Origin: a virus
Lineage: Duplodnaviria > Caudoviricetes
Length of the DNA: 64,000 nt
IMG/VR virus record: IMGVR_UViG_2931642416_000001
Location: 1 to 64,000 of that record
Direction: 5' to 3' (one strand)
Of the stretch, positions 56,631-64,000 are shown piece by piece. Numbering within the stretch: the stretch's first letter is position 1; each line of letters begins with the position of its first letter. Made by a program: the position numbers and the translations under genes. Below the pieces are notes generated by a model that saw only the letters and a list, made by a program, of their open reading frames with translations, was not told the DNA's origin and searched no databases.

Positions 56631-57419
56631 TCAGGGCTGTACGCGCTCGATCTCGATGGCCAGCACGCCGAGCGCTTCCTTCTCTGGCCCGTAGATGCGG
56701 CGAATGTTGGCGAGCTGCTGCTCACGCGAGGAGTCGGGATTCACGCGCTCCGGCCCCTCGGTGTCGAGCAGTTCCTCGAAGCTGTCGTAGACCGCAACCC
56801 GTACGACCTTGGTCAGGCACTCATCACCGTCGCATCGGAACAGGATGCGCTGCCCAGCGGCGAGGTCGCGCAGGTTCGAGTAGAGGACCCGGACCTCGAC
56901 GGACTTGCGGCCAGCAGAGACCAGATCGAAGTAGGGGCGGTAGAGGTTCATGTCGCGTGCCGGGGTCTCCCTGCGCTGCCAGCCATCGAGGCTGAAGGCG
57001 TCGCCGCGCTGGTAGGCGCCAAGGCCGGCGCGGATGTAGGAGACGACGTCGCCAGGCAGATCGTCCAGGGGGAACCATTCGATCTTGTCGCACTTGCTCG
57101 GTTCGGCATTCACCGGTTCCCCACCCCATCGGCTCGTGGCGAAGAAGACGCCGATGCGGGCCTGGCCGTCGGGGTCGGCGTGGTGGCAGACGCCGGCGAA
57201 GTCGAGGTCTGCGGGGTTGATGTCGATGCCCAGCTCCTCGCGAGCCTCCCGTGCGGCCCCCTCAGGTAGGGTCTCGCCGGCGTCGAGGCAGCCCCCCGGG
57301 ACGGACCAGAGGCCGTCGGCGAACCCCGTGTTGGCTCGCAGCAACAGCAGGACCTTGTCCCCCTCGATGAGGATCAGGTGGACGCCGACGTGGGGCCGGA
57401 ACGGTTCAGGTGTGGACAT
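56631..57419 (-). CDS. NUDIX hydrolase fused to ASCH (PUA-like) domain
   Basis: Nudix box GGCLDAGETLPEGAAREAREELG; ASCH MNLYRPYFDLVSAGRKSVEVR. Confidence 0.85.
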   Translation of the reverse strand: MSTPEPFRPHVGVHLILIEGDKVLLLLRANTGFADGLWSVPGGCLDAGETLPEGAAREAREELGIDINPADLDFAGVCHHADPDGQARIGVFFATSRWGGEPVNAEPSKCDKIEWFPLDDLPGDVVSYIRAGLGAYQRGDAFSLDGWQRRETPARDMNLYRPYFDLVSAGRKSVEVRVLYSNLRDLAAGQRILFRCDGDECLTKVVRVAVYDSFEELLDTEGPERVNPDSSREQQLANIRRIYGPEKEALGVLAIEIERVQP

Positions 57420-57506
57420 GGCCGTGCTCCCCGTGGTGGCGATGAGTCGTGGGTGTCACGCTACGCGGCCACACGGGGAGCACGGGGTCTGTTTGCCGGG
57501 ATGGAT

Positions 57507-58190
57507 CTAGACGTCGCTGCCGGGCAGCTGGGCGCTGGCCATCGCGTGGACCATGGCGGCGAGGTGGTCGGCGAGCTGCTCCGGCGTGCGGTTGTCGGTG
57601 TGCAGGTGGTAGGCGGTGGAGTCAGTGTCGGCGATCTGGTCGTAGTGGTCCTGCAGCCGTCGCAGCAGGGCGCGGTCGGCGATGAGGTCGCGATCGGATG
57701 CGGTCTGGTCGGGTTTGCCGGTCATCCGCGCGGTCAGCTCGTCCAGGTCGGTGTGCAGGTAGACGGTCAGGTCCGGCTGGGCCAGGTAGCCGACGAAGGG
57801 CGCGATGGTCGCGACGACGGTGCCATTGTCGAGGCCGTGGACGGCGGAGTGGTTGGCTATAACGGAGTTGATGTAGCGGTCGGCGACGGCATGCCCGGTC
57901 TCCAGGGACTGGCGGGCCAGGTCGGAGGCGTGTAGCGCCCCGGCGAGGTAGAAGGCCAGCTGCGGTAGCGCCTGGGCGTGGGCGTTGATGTACGGCTGCA
58001 GATCAGAGACTGGGGCGGGCACCGTGTGGAAGGCACGGCAGTCCAGCCGTTCGGCGAGGTGTCGGGCGAGGGTGGACTTGCCGGATCCGCTGATGCCCTC
58101 CAGGACCACGAAGATGCCCGATCGTGCTGTCTTGGCCGGCTGGTAGGCGGCGGGCAGCTGGTTGCTGATGCCGGGGGCGATGATGGTCAT
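57507..58190 (-). CDS. Thymidylate kinase-like nucleotide kinase
   Basis: FVVLEGISGSGKST, ADRY..S, PDLTVYL. Confidence 0.82.
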   Translation of the reverse strand: MTIIAPGISNQLPAAYQPAKTARSGIFVVLEGISGSGKSTLARHLAERLDCRAFHTVPAPVSDLQPYINAHAQALPQLAFYLAGALHASDLARQSLETGHAVADRYINSVIANHSAVHGLDNGTVVATIAPFVGYLAQPDLTVYLHTDLDELTARMTGKPDQTASDRDLIADRALLRRLQDHYDQIADTDSTAYHLHTDNRTPEQLADHLAAMVHAMASAQLPGSDV

Positions 58191-59218
58191 CAGAGGGTCC
58201 CTTCGGTGAAGGCGTCCAGGTGGGCGGAGACGGCCGCCAGCAGGCCGGCCGGGTCTTGTGCGTACGGGGTGACGTCCAGGCGGAGGTCGGGGCGAAGTAG
58301 ACACGGGCTGAGCTCGCCGGCCGAATCCAGGCGCAGCGCCCAGAACCCCTCGATGCACTGCGCTCGCTTGGGGCAGGTGGTGCACTGGCCGACGTGGTGG
58401 CGGCCGAGGGAGGCGTCGATGACCTCGATCGTCATTGGTCCGCGCTGGCCGGGGACGTTGAAAACGTGGCGCCCCTGTCCCGTACCGGAGGTGACGACCT
58501 CCCCGCTGGTGGCGATCGAGCGCAGGTAGGCGGTGATGTCCCCGGAGGGGACCTTGGCGCTCAGCTGGTTGTGGTCGGTGTCGACCAGCTCGATGATCTG
58601 CAAGCTGGTGCCGAGCTCGCGCGCGTAGGCGATGATGTCCATCACCTCGTGCGCGTTCTGCTCCTGCAGCAGCAGGTTCAGCTCGACGATCGGGATTACC
58701 TCGATGGCGGCCTCGATCCCGGCCTTGATCTTGGCGATGTCGCCCGGCTTGCCTTCCGCGATGGCGGCGATGGAGGCGTCGGAGAAGTAATGCAAGCTGA
58801 CCTTGATCCGGTCGAGTGCGGTGGCGGCCAGCCAGTCGAGGTCCTTGGTGAGGGTGAGCCCGTTGGTGATGAGCGTGGTGGTGTAGTCGCTCATGTCGTG
58901 TGCGGGCAGGCCCTGCAGGATCGGGCGGGCCAGCGGGGACAGCAGCGGTTCGCCACCGGTGAAGAAGACGCGGCGGATCCCGGCGGCGGTCATCGCGTTG
59001 ATCGCGGTCAAGAAGTCGTCGGCTCCCATCGCCCGCCGACGGGGCTGGATGGTCCGGTCGTGGTGGGTGATCCGGGGCGGGATCTCTCCTTCGTTGTGGC
59101 AGAACCAGCACCCGAGCTGGCAGCGGGGAGTGAGAGAGACTCGCAGCTGGCCGCCGCGGCGGGCGAAGTCGCCGCCCAATGGCGCCGCAGTGGGGAAGCC
59201 GAGCGCGGTCGGTGGCAT
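58190..59218 (-). CDS. MoaA-like radical SAM protein
   Basis: LRVSLTPRCQLGCWFCHNEG, FTGGEPLL, ITNG; C-terminal CTTC...C...LRLDSAGELSPCL. Confidence 0.85.
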   Translation of the reverse strand: MPPTALGFPTAAPLGGDFARRGGQLRVSLTPRCQLGCWFCHNEGEIPPRITHHDRTIQPRRRAMGADDFLTAINAMTAAGIRRVFFTGGEPLLSPLARPILQGLPAHDMSDYTTTLITNGLTLTKDLDWLAATALDRIKVSLHYFSDASIAAIAEGKPGDIAKIKAGIEAAIEVIPIVELNLLLQEQNAHEVMDIIAYARELGTSLQIIELVDTDHNQLSAKVPSGDITAYLRSIATSGEVVTSGTGQGRHVFNVPGQRGPMTIEVIDASLGRHHVGQCTTCPKRAQCIEGFWALRLDSAGELSPCLLRPDLRLDVTPYAQDPAGLLAAVSAHLDAFTEGTL

Positions 59219-59297
59219 GATGCCTCCTCTGGTCCGGTGTGACTCCAGAAAGCCCCGAACCGGTGCCCCATGCAGGCGCGCTTGCATAGGTCGGCAA

Positions 59298-59320
59298 CGG
59301 TTTGCATGTACTGCAAACCG
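59298..59320. promoter_or_regulatory. Inverted repeat operator between the radical SAM operon and the XRE regulator
   Basis: CGGTTTGCA-tgtac-TGCAAACCG. Confidence 0.6.
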
Positions 59321-59382
59321 GCGTGCCTCCAAGGCGTTGGCCAGCTACGGTGAAGCGGGGACTCTCTTCTGTGGAGCAGCCG

Positions 59383-60672
59383 ATGACACTGCGTCACGCT
59401 GGCGAGATCGTAAGAGCAGCTCGACAGGCCAAGGGCATGACGCTGGCCGATCTTGGCCGGTTGACGGGGTATTCCGCCTCTCAGGTCTCTCGCCTGGAGC
59501 GCGGAATCGTGCCCCTGACCGACACGGTGGTGCTGCGTAGTTTTGCTTCCGCGTTGGGATTGTCGCCAAGGGCGGTTGGGCTTCTCCCCGACGCCGGCGT
59601 CCACGCCGCGACGGATCACGCTGTTACACGCCGCCATGCTGCGGATACATTACGTGGTGGGAGTCATGACGACGAGGGGACCGATCCGATGCGGCGTCGC
59701 ACACTGCTCACAGCAGCCGGACTGAGCATCCCGCTGTCCCTACTCCAACGCCTGGACGACGCCCTGGCGGTGCCGCCGCAACCGGACGGCATGGCCGAGC
59801 CGGCACAGATCGCCCAACGGCTACGGTCAGCGCGCCACCAGTTCGACGCTGCCGAACTGGCCGCCCTTGTAGCGGCCCTGCCCGGACTGCTCGCCTCAGC
59901 GCGAGAAGCAGCCGAACGGGCCGACAACCCGGCAGGGTGGGCGCTGGTCTCGGCGAGCTACAACCTCGCCACCGACACCCTCAACAAGATCGGCAACAAG
60001 TCGTCCGCCCGGCTCACCGCGGACCGAGCGATGCTGTACGCCGACCGGTCACAGGACCCCGTCGCCAAGGCGGCCTCGGCGCGCGCACTGGGCATGATGC
60101 TGCGCACCCAAGGCCGCCCCGACCTCGCCACCGCCGTCATGACCAACGGCATCGACCAACTGGCGACGACCGGACACCAGACGACTGCCCAAGCCAGCAT
60201 GTACCTGCGGCTGCTGTGCGCCCGCGCCTACACCTACGCCTGGGCCGGAGACCGGCAGCGAGCCCTCGACGGCATCGCCGAGGCCGAGCAGGCAGCCGGC
60301 CGGATCCCGGCAATGAAGCCCACTGCCTTGCCGTTCGCGACGCTCTACCGCGTCGACATCCACTACGCGCTCGGCGATGCCGGCGCAGCCGTGCACGCCG
60401 CTCGGGACCTGCGAGACGAGATGTACCCGACGCCCGAGCGGCGCGGGCGTCTCCACACTGACCTCGCCCGCGCCTACTGGCGGTGGGGCAGGCCCGAACA
60501 GACCGCGGCCGAGCTGTTGGCGGCGTACCGGCACGCGCCGGCGGAGGTGCGGGATAGGCCGTCAATCCGGCGGATCGCGGCCGAGGTGGTGGAGCGCCAC
60601 CCGTGCGTCGCTGGTGTGCGCCAGCTCGCCACGGCGATTGCCCGCCCTCCCGCTATGCCCGCCGCCATCTGA
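59383..60672 (+). CDS. XRE-family regulator with helical (TPR-like) C-terminal domain
   Basis: RAARQAKGMTLADLGRLTGYSASQVSRLERG; MRRRTLL; APAEVRDRP. Confidence 0.85.
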   Translation: MTLRHAGEIVRAARQAKGMTLADLGRLTGYSASQVSRLERGIVPLTDTVVLRSFASALGLSPRAVGLLPDAGVHAATDHAVTRRHAADTLRGGSHDDEGTDPMRRRTLLTAAGLSIPLSLLQRLDDALAVPPQPDGMAEPAQIAQRLRSARHQFDAAELAALVAALPGLLASAREAAERADNPAGWALVSASYNLATDTLNKIGNKSSARLTADRAMLYADRSQDPVAKAASARALGMMLRTQGRPDLATAVMTNGIDQLATTGHQTTAQASMYLRLLCARAYTYAWAGDRQRALDGIAEAEQAAGRIPAMKPTALPFATLYRVDIHYALGDAGAAVHAARDLRDEMYPTPERRGRLHTDLARAYWRWGRPEQTAAELLAAYRHAPAEVRDRPSIRRIAAEVVERHPCVAGVRQLATAIARPPAMPAAI

Positions 60673-60743
60673 CTGGCCTTCGGCAACGAGAAGCCCCCGC
60701 CCGGTCCTCGCGGATCGGGCAGGGGCTGCTTCGCGTTGTACGG

Positions 60744-61340
60744 CTACTGTTCGCGGTATCCCTCGCTCGTGAGGTCGACGCGCCGGTTGTGAAGGTAGCT
60801 CTCGACCTCGCCCGGGTCGGAGAACGAGCGGATGTCCTTGTCGCTGATGCCGTCCACCGTGAAATCCTCGGTCACCTCGTTGCCGTTGACAGTGATGGTG
60901 ATCGTGTCCGTGCCCCAATCGGGCTTGTCGTTCTCGCGAGTGAAGGTGATCGTGCGCGGGGCCATGGTGACGATGCGGGTCGGCCACCCGGCTACCTCGG
61001 CCTCTCCCTCGATGACGTACAGCAGTTCGTCGTCGCTGTCGCCGTAGCCCTGCTCCGTTGCCCATGTCTGCGCGTCAGCGGGGAGGTCGTGCCAGGTGAT
61101 GGTCGACTCGGCGAGTTCGGTTGCGCCCTCCGGCATCCGGTCGCCAGACGTGGCAGAGATGAGGGTGTACGTGGTCACGGTGGACTCCTGGGGGATGAGG
61201 TCGATGGGGACGATGGCTGCGACTCGGCGGCCGTGCCGGGTGATGTAGGTGATCTGTCCGGCGTACTCTGCGCGGTTCACCAGGTCCCCGAACTTGGCGC
61301 GTCCTTCGCGGAGGCCGATCTCGTTCTCGCTCACATCCAT
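60744..61340 (-). CDS. Phd/YefM antitoxin-like N-terminus fused to an unknown domain
   Basis: IGLREGRAKFGDLVNRAEY...ITRHGRRVAAIVP; palindromic TTGTGTACACAA upstream (61359-61370). Confidence 0.7.
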   Translation of the reverse strand: MDVSENEIGLREGRAKFGDLVNRAEYAGQITYITRHGRRVAAIVPIDLIPQESTVTTYTLISATSGDRMPEGATELAESTITWHDLPADAQTWATEQGYGDSDDELLYVIEGEAEVAGWPTRIVTMAPRTITFTRENDKPDWGTDTITITVNGNEVTEDFTVDGISDKDIRSFSDPGEVESYLHNRRVDLTSEGYREQ

Positions 61341-61439
61341 GAGAGTACACAGTTTGCATTGTGTACACAATAGGCTTTGGTCTGGGAAAACGAGAGGCTC
61401 GCCCCAAGCAGGGCGAGCCCCATGTGTCGTACGGCTAGC

Positions 61440-61715
61440 TCAGGCTCGACGCCAACGCCAGTACGGGTCGGAGCTCTTGTAGGTGCACTTGTAGCGGACC
61501 TTCGTCACCTTCGCGTACCCGTACCGCCCGTGCGCTGCTTTCGGACAGAACGCTCCCGGAGTGATGCACTCCCAATGGGACCCGACCTGCCGGTAGCAGG
61601 AGGCGGCGGCAGCGTTCACGTGCACTGTCGTCGCGGAAGCAGGCAGCGAAGCGACGGCGGGGGCGACCATAGCGGACCCGGCGAGGGCAGCGGACACGAG
61701 CAGGCGTCTGAGCAC
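61440..61715 (-). CDS. Small secreted Cys-containing protein
   Basis: CAGGAG RBS, signal peptide, four Cys, PGAFC motif. Confidence 0.65.
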   Translation of the reverse strand: MLRRLLVSAALAGSAMVAPAVASLPASATTVHVNAAAASCYRQVGSHWECITPGAFCPKAAHGRYGYAKVTKVRYKCTYKSSDPYWRWRRA

Positions 61716-61861
61716 AGAGACTCCTGAGGTGGGGGATGGAACGTGACAAGGGTGAGACGCCGGCCGGTTGGCGGAAGTTGCCGGGAGTTGCTGTCCGGAT
61801 GCGGACACAGAGAAGCCCTCACCCTGCCGTAGGCAGAATGAGGGCTCTTCCAGAAAGGGGA

Positions 61862-62197
61862 CTACGCGTCGGCTAGGAGTCGATCGGTGGCGTCCGCGGG
61901 CGCCACATGCATCACCGCTCGCTGCGTCTCCCAACCGGGGGTTGCGTCGCCGATGCTGTGGATCGCGGAACGGAGGAAGCAGAGGGCCTTGACCATGGCG
62001 TCGGCAGGATCGTCGGCTTCGACGATCATCTGGACGTCCACCACTCCATCCGTGATGGTTGCGGCCAGATCAGGATCCTCGACTGCCGAATCGGTGTCTT
62101 CCAGGTCGAGTAGGGCGTTCATCAGGTCGTTGAGGCGCTCGTCGAATCCTGTGAGATCGCCGATGCACTGAACTTCCTGGATCGTCATGTACTTCAT
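61862..62197 (-). CDS. Acidic protein, putative antitoxin of the HicA-like gene
   Basis: ATGA overlap with the upstream basic gene. Confidence 0.5.
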   Translation of the reverse strand: MKYMTIQEVQCIGDLTGFDERLNDLMNALLDLEDTDSAVEDPDLAATITDGVVDVQMIVEADDPADAMVKALCFLRSAIHSIGDATPGWETQRAVMHVAPADATDRLLADA

Positions 62198-62424
62198 GGC
62201 GTGTCCTCGTCCCAACAGGTCGCTCTTCGCAGTTGGCCGAGCAGGTTCCTCTTGTAGTTGTTCCCCGATGGCGTGCACTTCACTGTCTTCATGTGAAGAC
62301 CGCATGGGCACTTCATCATGAAGTACTTCTTTCCTTTATCGACATCCCAGCCTTGAGCCTCCGCGTCGGCCAGGACCTCTTCCAGCTCCTTGATCGGGTG
62401 TCGCGGTCTGACCACTTTGTCCAC
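62194..62424 (-). CDS. HicA-like toxin
   Basis: KELEEVLADAEAQGWDV...CPCG...TVKCTPS. Confidence 0.55.
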   Translation of the reverse strand: MDKVVRPRHPIKELEEVLADAEAQGWDVDKGKKYFMMKCPCGLHMKTVKCTPSGNNYKRNLLGQLRRATCWDEDTP

Positions 62425-62549
62425 CTGTCGACGACTTCGAGTCTACGTTCCGGCCCAGTGCCCCGATAGACCGCCCCCGCCGTAGATTGGCATAGCGTGT
62501 GACGCGCGTCTTCCTTTTTTGGTTGACACCTGAAGATGCGGAAGTCCAG

Positions 62550-62574
62550 TCGCACACTCGTTCGGTCATAGGAT
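62550..62574 (+). promoter_or_regulatory. Putative LexA box plus -10 element
   Basis: TCGCAC-ACTC-GTTCGG then TAGGAT. Confidence 0.4.
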
Positions 62575-62608
62575 CCTGGCGAACCACCACGCACCGGGGG
62601 AGACCGCC

Positions 62609-62890
62609 ATGGCTGACTACGAACTGCCGCAGGATTTGATCGACGCGCAGAAGGCGTTCTACGCGGCCGAGGCGCGCTGCGCTGAGCTGGTAGCCGCTGA
62701 GCCCTCACCTGTCGCCATAGCGGCGCTGGAGGCGGAGCTGAGCGACGAGCAGCGTCAGGCCCTCGCCGCGGCGCGGGAGGAGCGGCTGCAGGCGGTCGAG
62801 GTGCTGCACCGGCATCCGTTCTGGAAGGATCTCCCGGCCGGCGACAAGATGAAGGTTCAGGCGAAGCTGCGCGAGGCCGCCAAGGGGTGA
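62609..62890 (+). CDS. Hypothetical protein
   Basis: GGGAG RBS; ELPQDLIDAQ...HPFW; followed by a hairpin. Confidence 0.65.
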   Translation: MADYELPQDLIDAQKAFYAAEARCAELVAAEPSPVAIAALEAELSDEQRQALAAAREERLQAVEVLHRHPFWKDLPAGDKMKVQAKLREAAKG

Positions 62891-62931
62891 GCCCCGGCCC
62901 CATCGTGGGAAGGCCGGGGCTCACAAGCCGG

Positions 62932-63060
62932 CTACTGCTCGGCGACCAGCAGTGTCGTCGTGATCTCGCCGCTGCCTTTGCACATCGAGCAGGTCATGCC
63001 GTCCTTGACCTTGGCGCCCTTACAGTCCCAGCAGGTCTCGCGGATCTGGTCGGTGCTCAT
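62932..63060 (-). CDS. 42-aa DnaJ-type zinc-finger peptide
   Basis: MSTDQIRETCWDCKGAKVKDGMTCSMCKGSGEI; GGGAG RBS. Confidence 0.55.
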   Translation of the reverse strand: MSTDQIRETCWDCKGAKVKDGMTCSMCKGSGEITTTLLVAEQ

Positions 63061-63101
63061 GGTGGTCTCCCTCTGTGGTGTCGGGTTGGGTAGTTGGTCC
63101 G

Positions 63102-63368
63102 TCAGACAGCGAGGTCGAGCTGCTGTAGGTGCTGGCGCTCCTGTGGTGTGAGCCCGCCGTAGATGCCGTACGGGATGTCCTCAGCGAGGGCGTAGGCGAG
63201 GCAGGCCGCGCGGGCAGGGCAAGCGGCGCAGATGCGTTTGGCGGGGCCGGCCGGGGCGCCATGCTCGGGGAACCAAGCCTCTGGGTCGGCCTCGACGCAG
63301 AACGCGCCATCCATCCACGAGGTGGCGGTCACATAGTCGTCCATGTCGGCGAGAGCGTCGATCAGCAT
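63102..63368 (-). CDS. whiB: WhiB-family transcription factor (second copy)
   Basis: WMDGAFCVEADPEAWFP, CAACPARAAC, GIYGGLTPQER. Confidence 0.9.
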   Translation of the reverse strand: MLIDALADMDDYVTATSWMDGAFCVEADPEAWFPEHGAPAGPAKRICAACPARAACLAYALAEDIPYGIYGGLTPQERQHLQQLDLAV

Positions 63369-63527
63369 GGGGCTTCCTTCGTCACTTTGAGTAGTTCGCG
63401 TGATGTCCACGGGATGTCTACGAGCGATGTCCCGGAGACATCGTTTGGACATCCACCCCCCGCGTACGCGCGCACGTGTGGAGAGGTCCGGGAGCGGGTG
63501 GGGCGGTCGCCGGGGGAGAGGGGCTCA

Positions 63528-64000
63528 CTATCCGTCACTGTCCCCGCCTCCCGGGGTGTGGGACTCCAGTGGTGGCGCCGGGTCGGGCCCACCCTCTACC
63601 TGGGCCTCCCCGCCCCTGCCCGAGGGGCCATCTGGGGGTATCCGCAGCTGAGCATGTGGGCCTCCCTCGGCCGGCTTGGGGTCGTCTCCCCCTTCGGCTC
63701 GCCCGGACCGCAGCTCCTCCTCCGCCTCCAGCGCGCCCACGACCAGCTCGCGCTCCCCCGCGCTCCGCCGCCACTGCCCCTGCTTCGGCTGCTCGATCAG
63801 TCCCCTGCGCCGCCAGGCCGCCCGCCGTGCGCTCGCCCACGCGCGGCTGCGAGGCGAGACGGCGTCGTTGGACATCGCGGTGGTGACCAGGCCGGGGGAG
63901 AGGTGCACCTCCACCAGGGCCCGCAGGTGCGGGTCGGCGATCTCGGCCGTGAGCGCGTCCATCTCGCCGGGAGGCTCGATCGTCTCGCTCACCACCAGGC
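63528..64000 (-). CDS. Hypothetical protein (5' end possibly beyond the window)
   Basis: Open frame reaching the window edge. Confidence 0.35.
   Translation of the reverse strand, partial: LVVSETIEPPGEMDALTAEIADPHLRALVEVHLSPGLVTTAMSNDAVSPRSRAWASARRAAWRRRGLIEQPKQGQWRRSAGERELVVGALEAEEELRSGRAEGGDDPKPAEGGPHAQLRIPPDGPSGRGGEAQVEGGPDPAPPLESHTPGGGDSDG

Larger units (their letters stand above)
1..63368. mobile_element. Temperate siphovirus-like prophage of an actinomycete (boundaries and att sites not resolved)
   Basis: Integrase, repressor/antirepressor, replication, terminase-portal-capsid-tail, long tape measure, lysis and accessory modules in canonical order. Right boundary uncertain. Confidence 0.93.

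Noticed and set aside
58190-59218. Direct call as prokaryotic viperin or as housekeeping moaA
   Set aside because: Motifs are MoaA-like with a C-terminal Cys cluster, but the context lacks molybdopterin genes; neither call is supportable without phylogeny.
57507-59297. 596-aa ORF as a single protein
   Set aside because: The N-terminal part is an off-frame shadow of the radical SAM gene; the real kinase starts at 58190 via a TGATG overlap.
1-64000. attL/attR core repeat, tRNA or rRNA genes
   Set aside because: The window starts at the integrase stop so attL lies outside; no convincing tRNA cloverleaf or rRNA recognised by eye.

Overview
High-GC actinomycete sequence occupied almost entirely by one apparently intact temperate siphovirus-type prophage. 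Gene order: tyrosine integrase (1-1554, minus); immunity switch with XRE repressor, divergent HTH/Xis genes and BRO antirepressor; a long early region (RecA-like ATPase, HNH nucleases, WhiB, replication initiator with internal iterons, DnaB-like helicase, about 40 small hypotheticals); terminase, portal, MuF, capsid and tail genes with a -1 frameshift chaperone and tape measure; lysis genes; and a right-end accessory region (radical SAM / TMK-like kinase / NUDIX-ASCH operon with XRE regulator, Phd fusion, HicA-like pair, second WhiB). No att sites are visible. The most notable element is a stand-alone Cas7/RAMP-like gene (12113-12826) followed directly by a ~410-nt non-coding array of about 11 GAC-anchored units built from 5-nt NN(R)CC pentamers and closed by a perfect hairpin. 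There are no other cas genes and no canonical CRISPR array, so this is a candidate minimal phage RNA-guided system. Also notable: a MuF protein fused to a HipA/PI3K-like kinase with a possible immunity gene, and several structured intergenic RNA candidates. All product calls come from motif recognition by eye, with no database searches.
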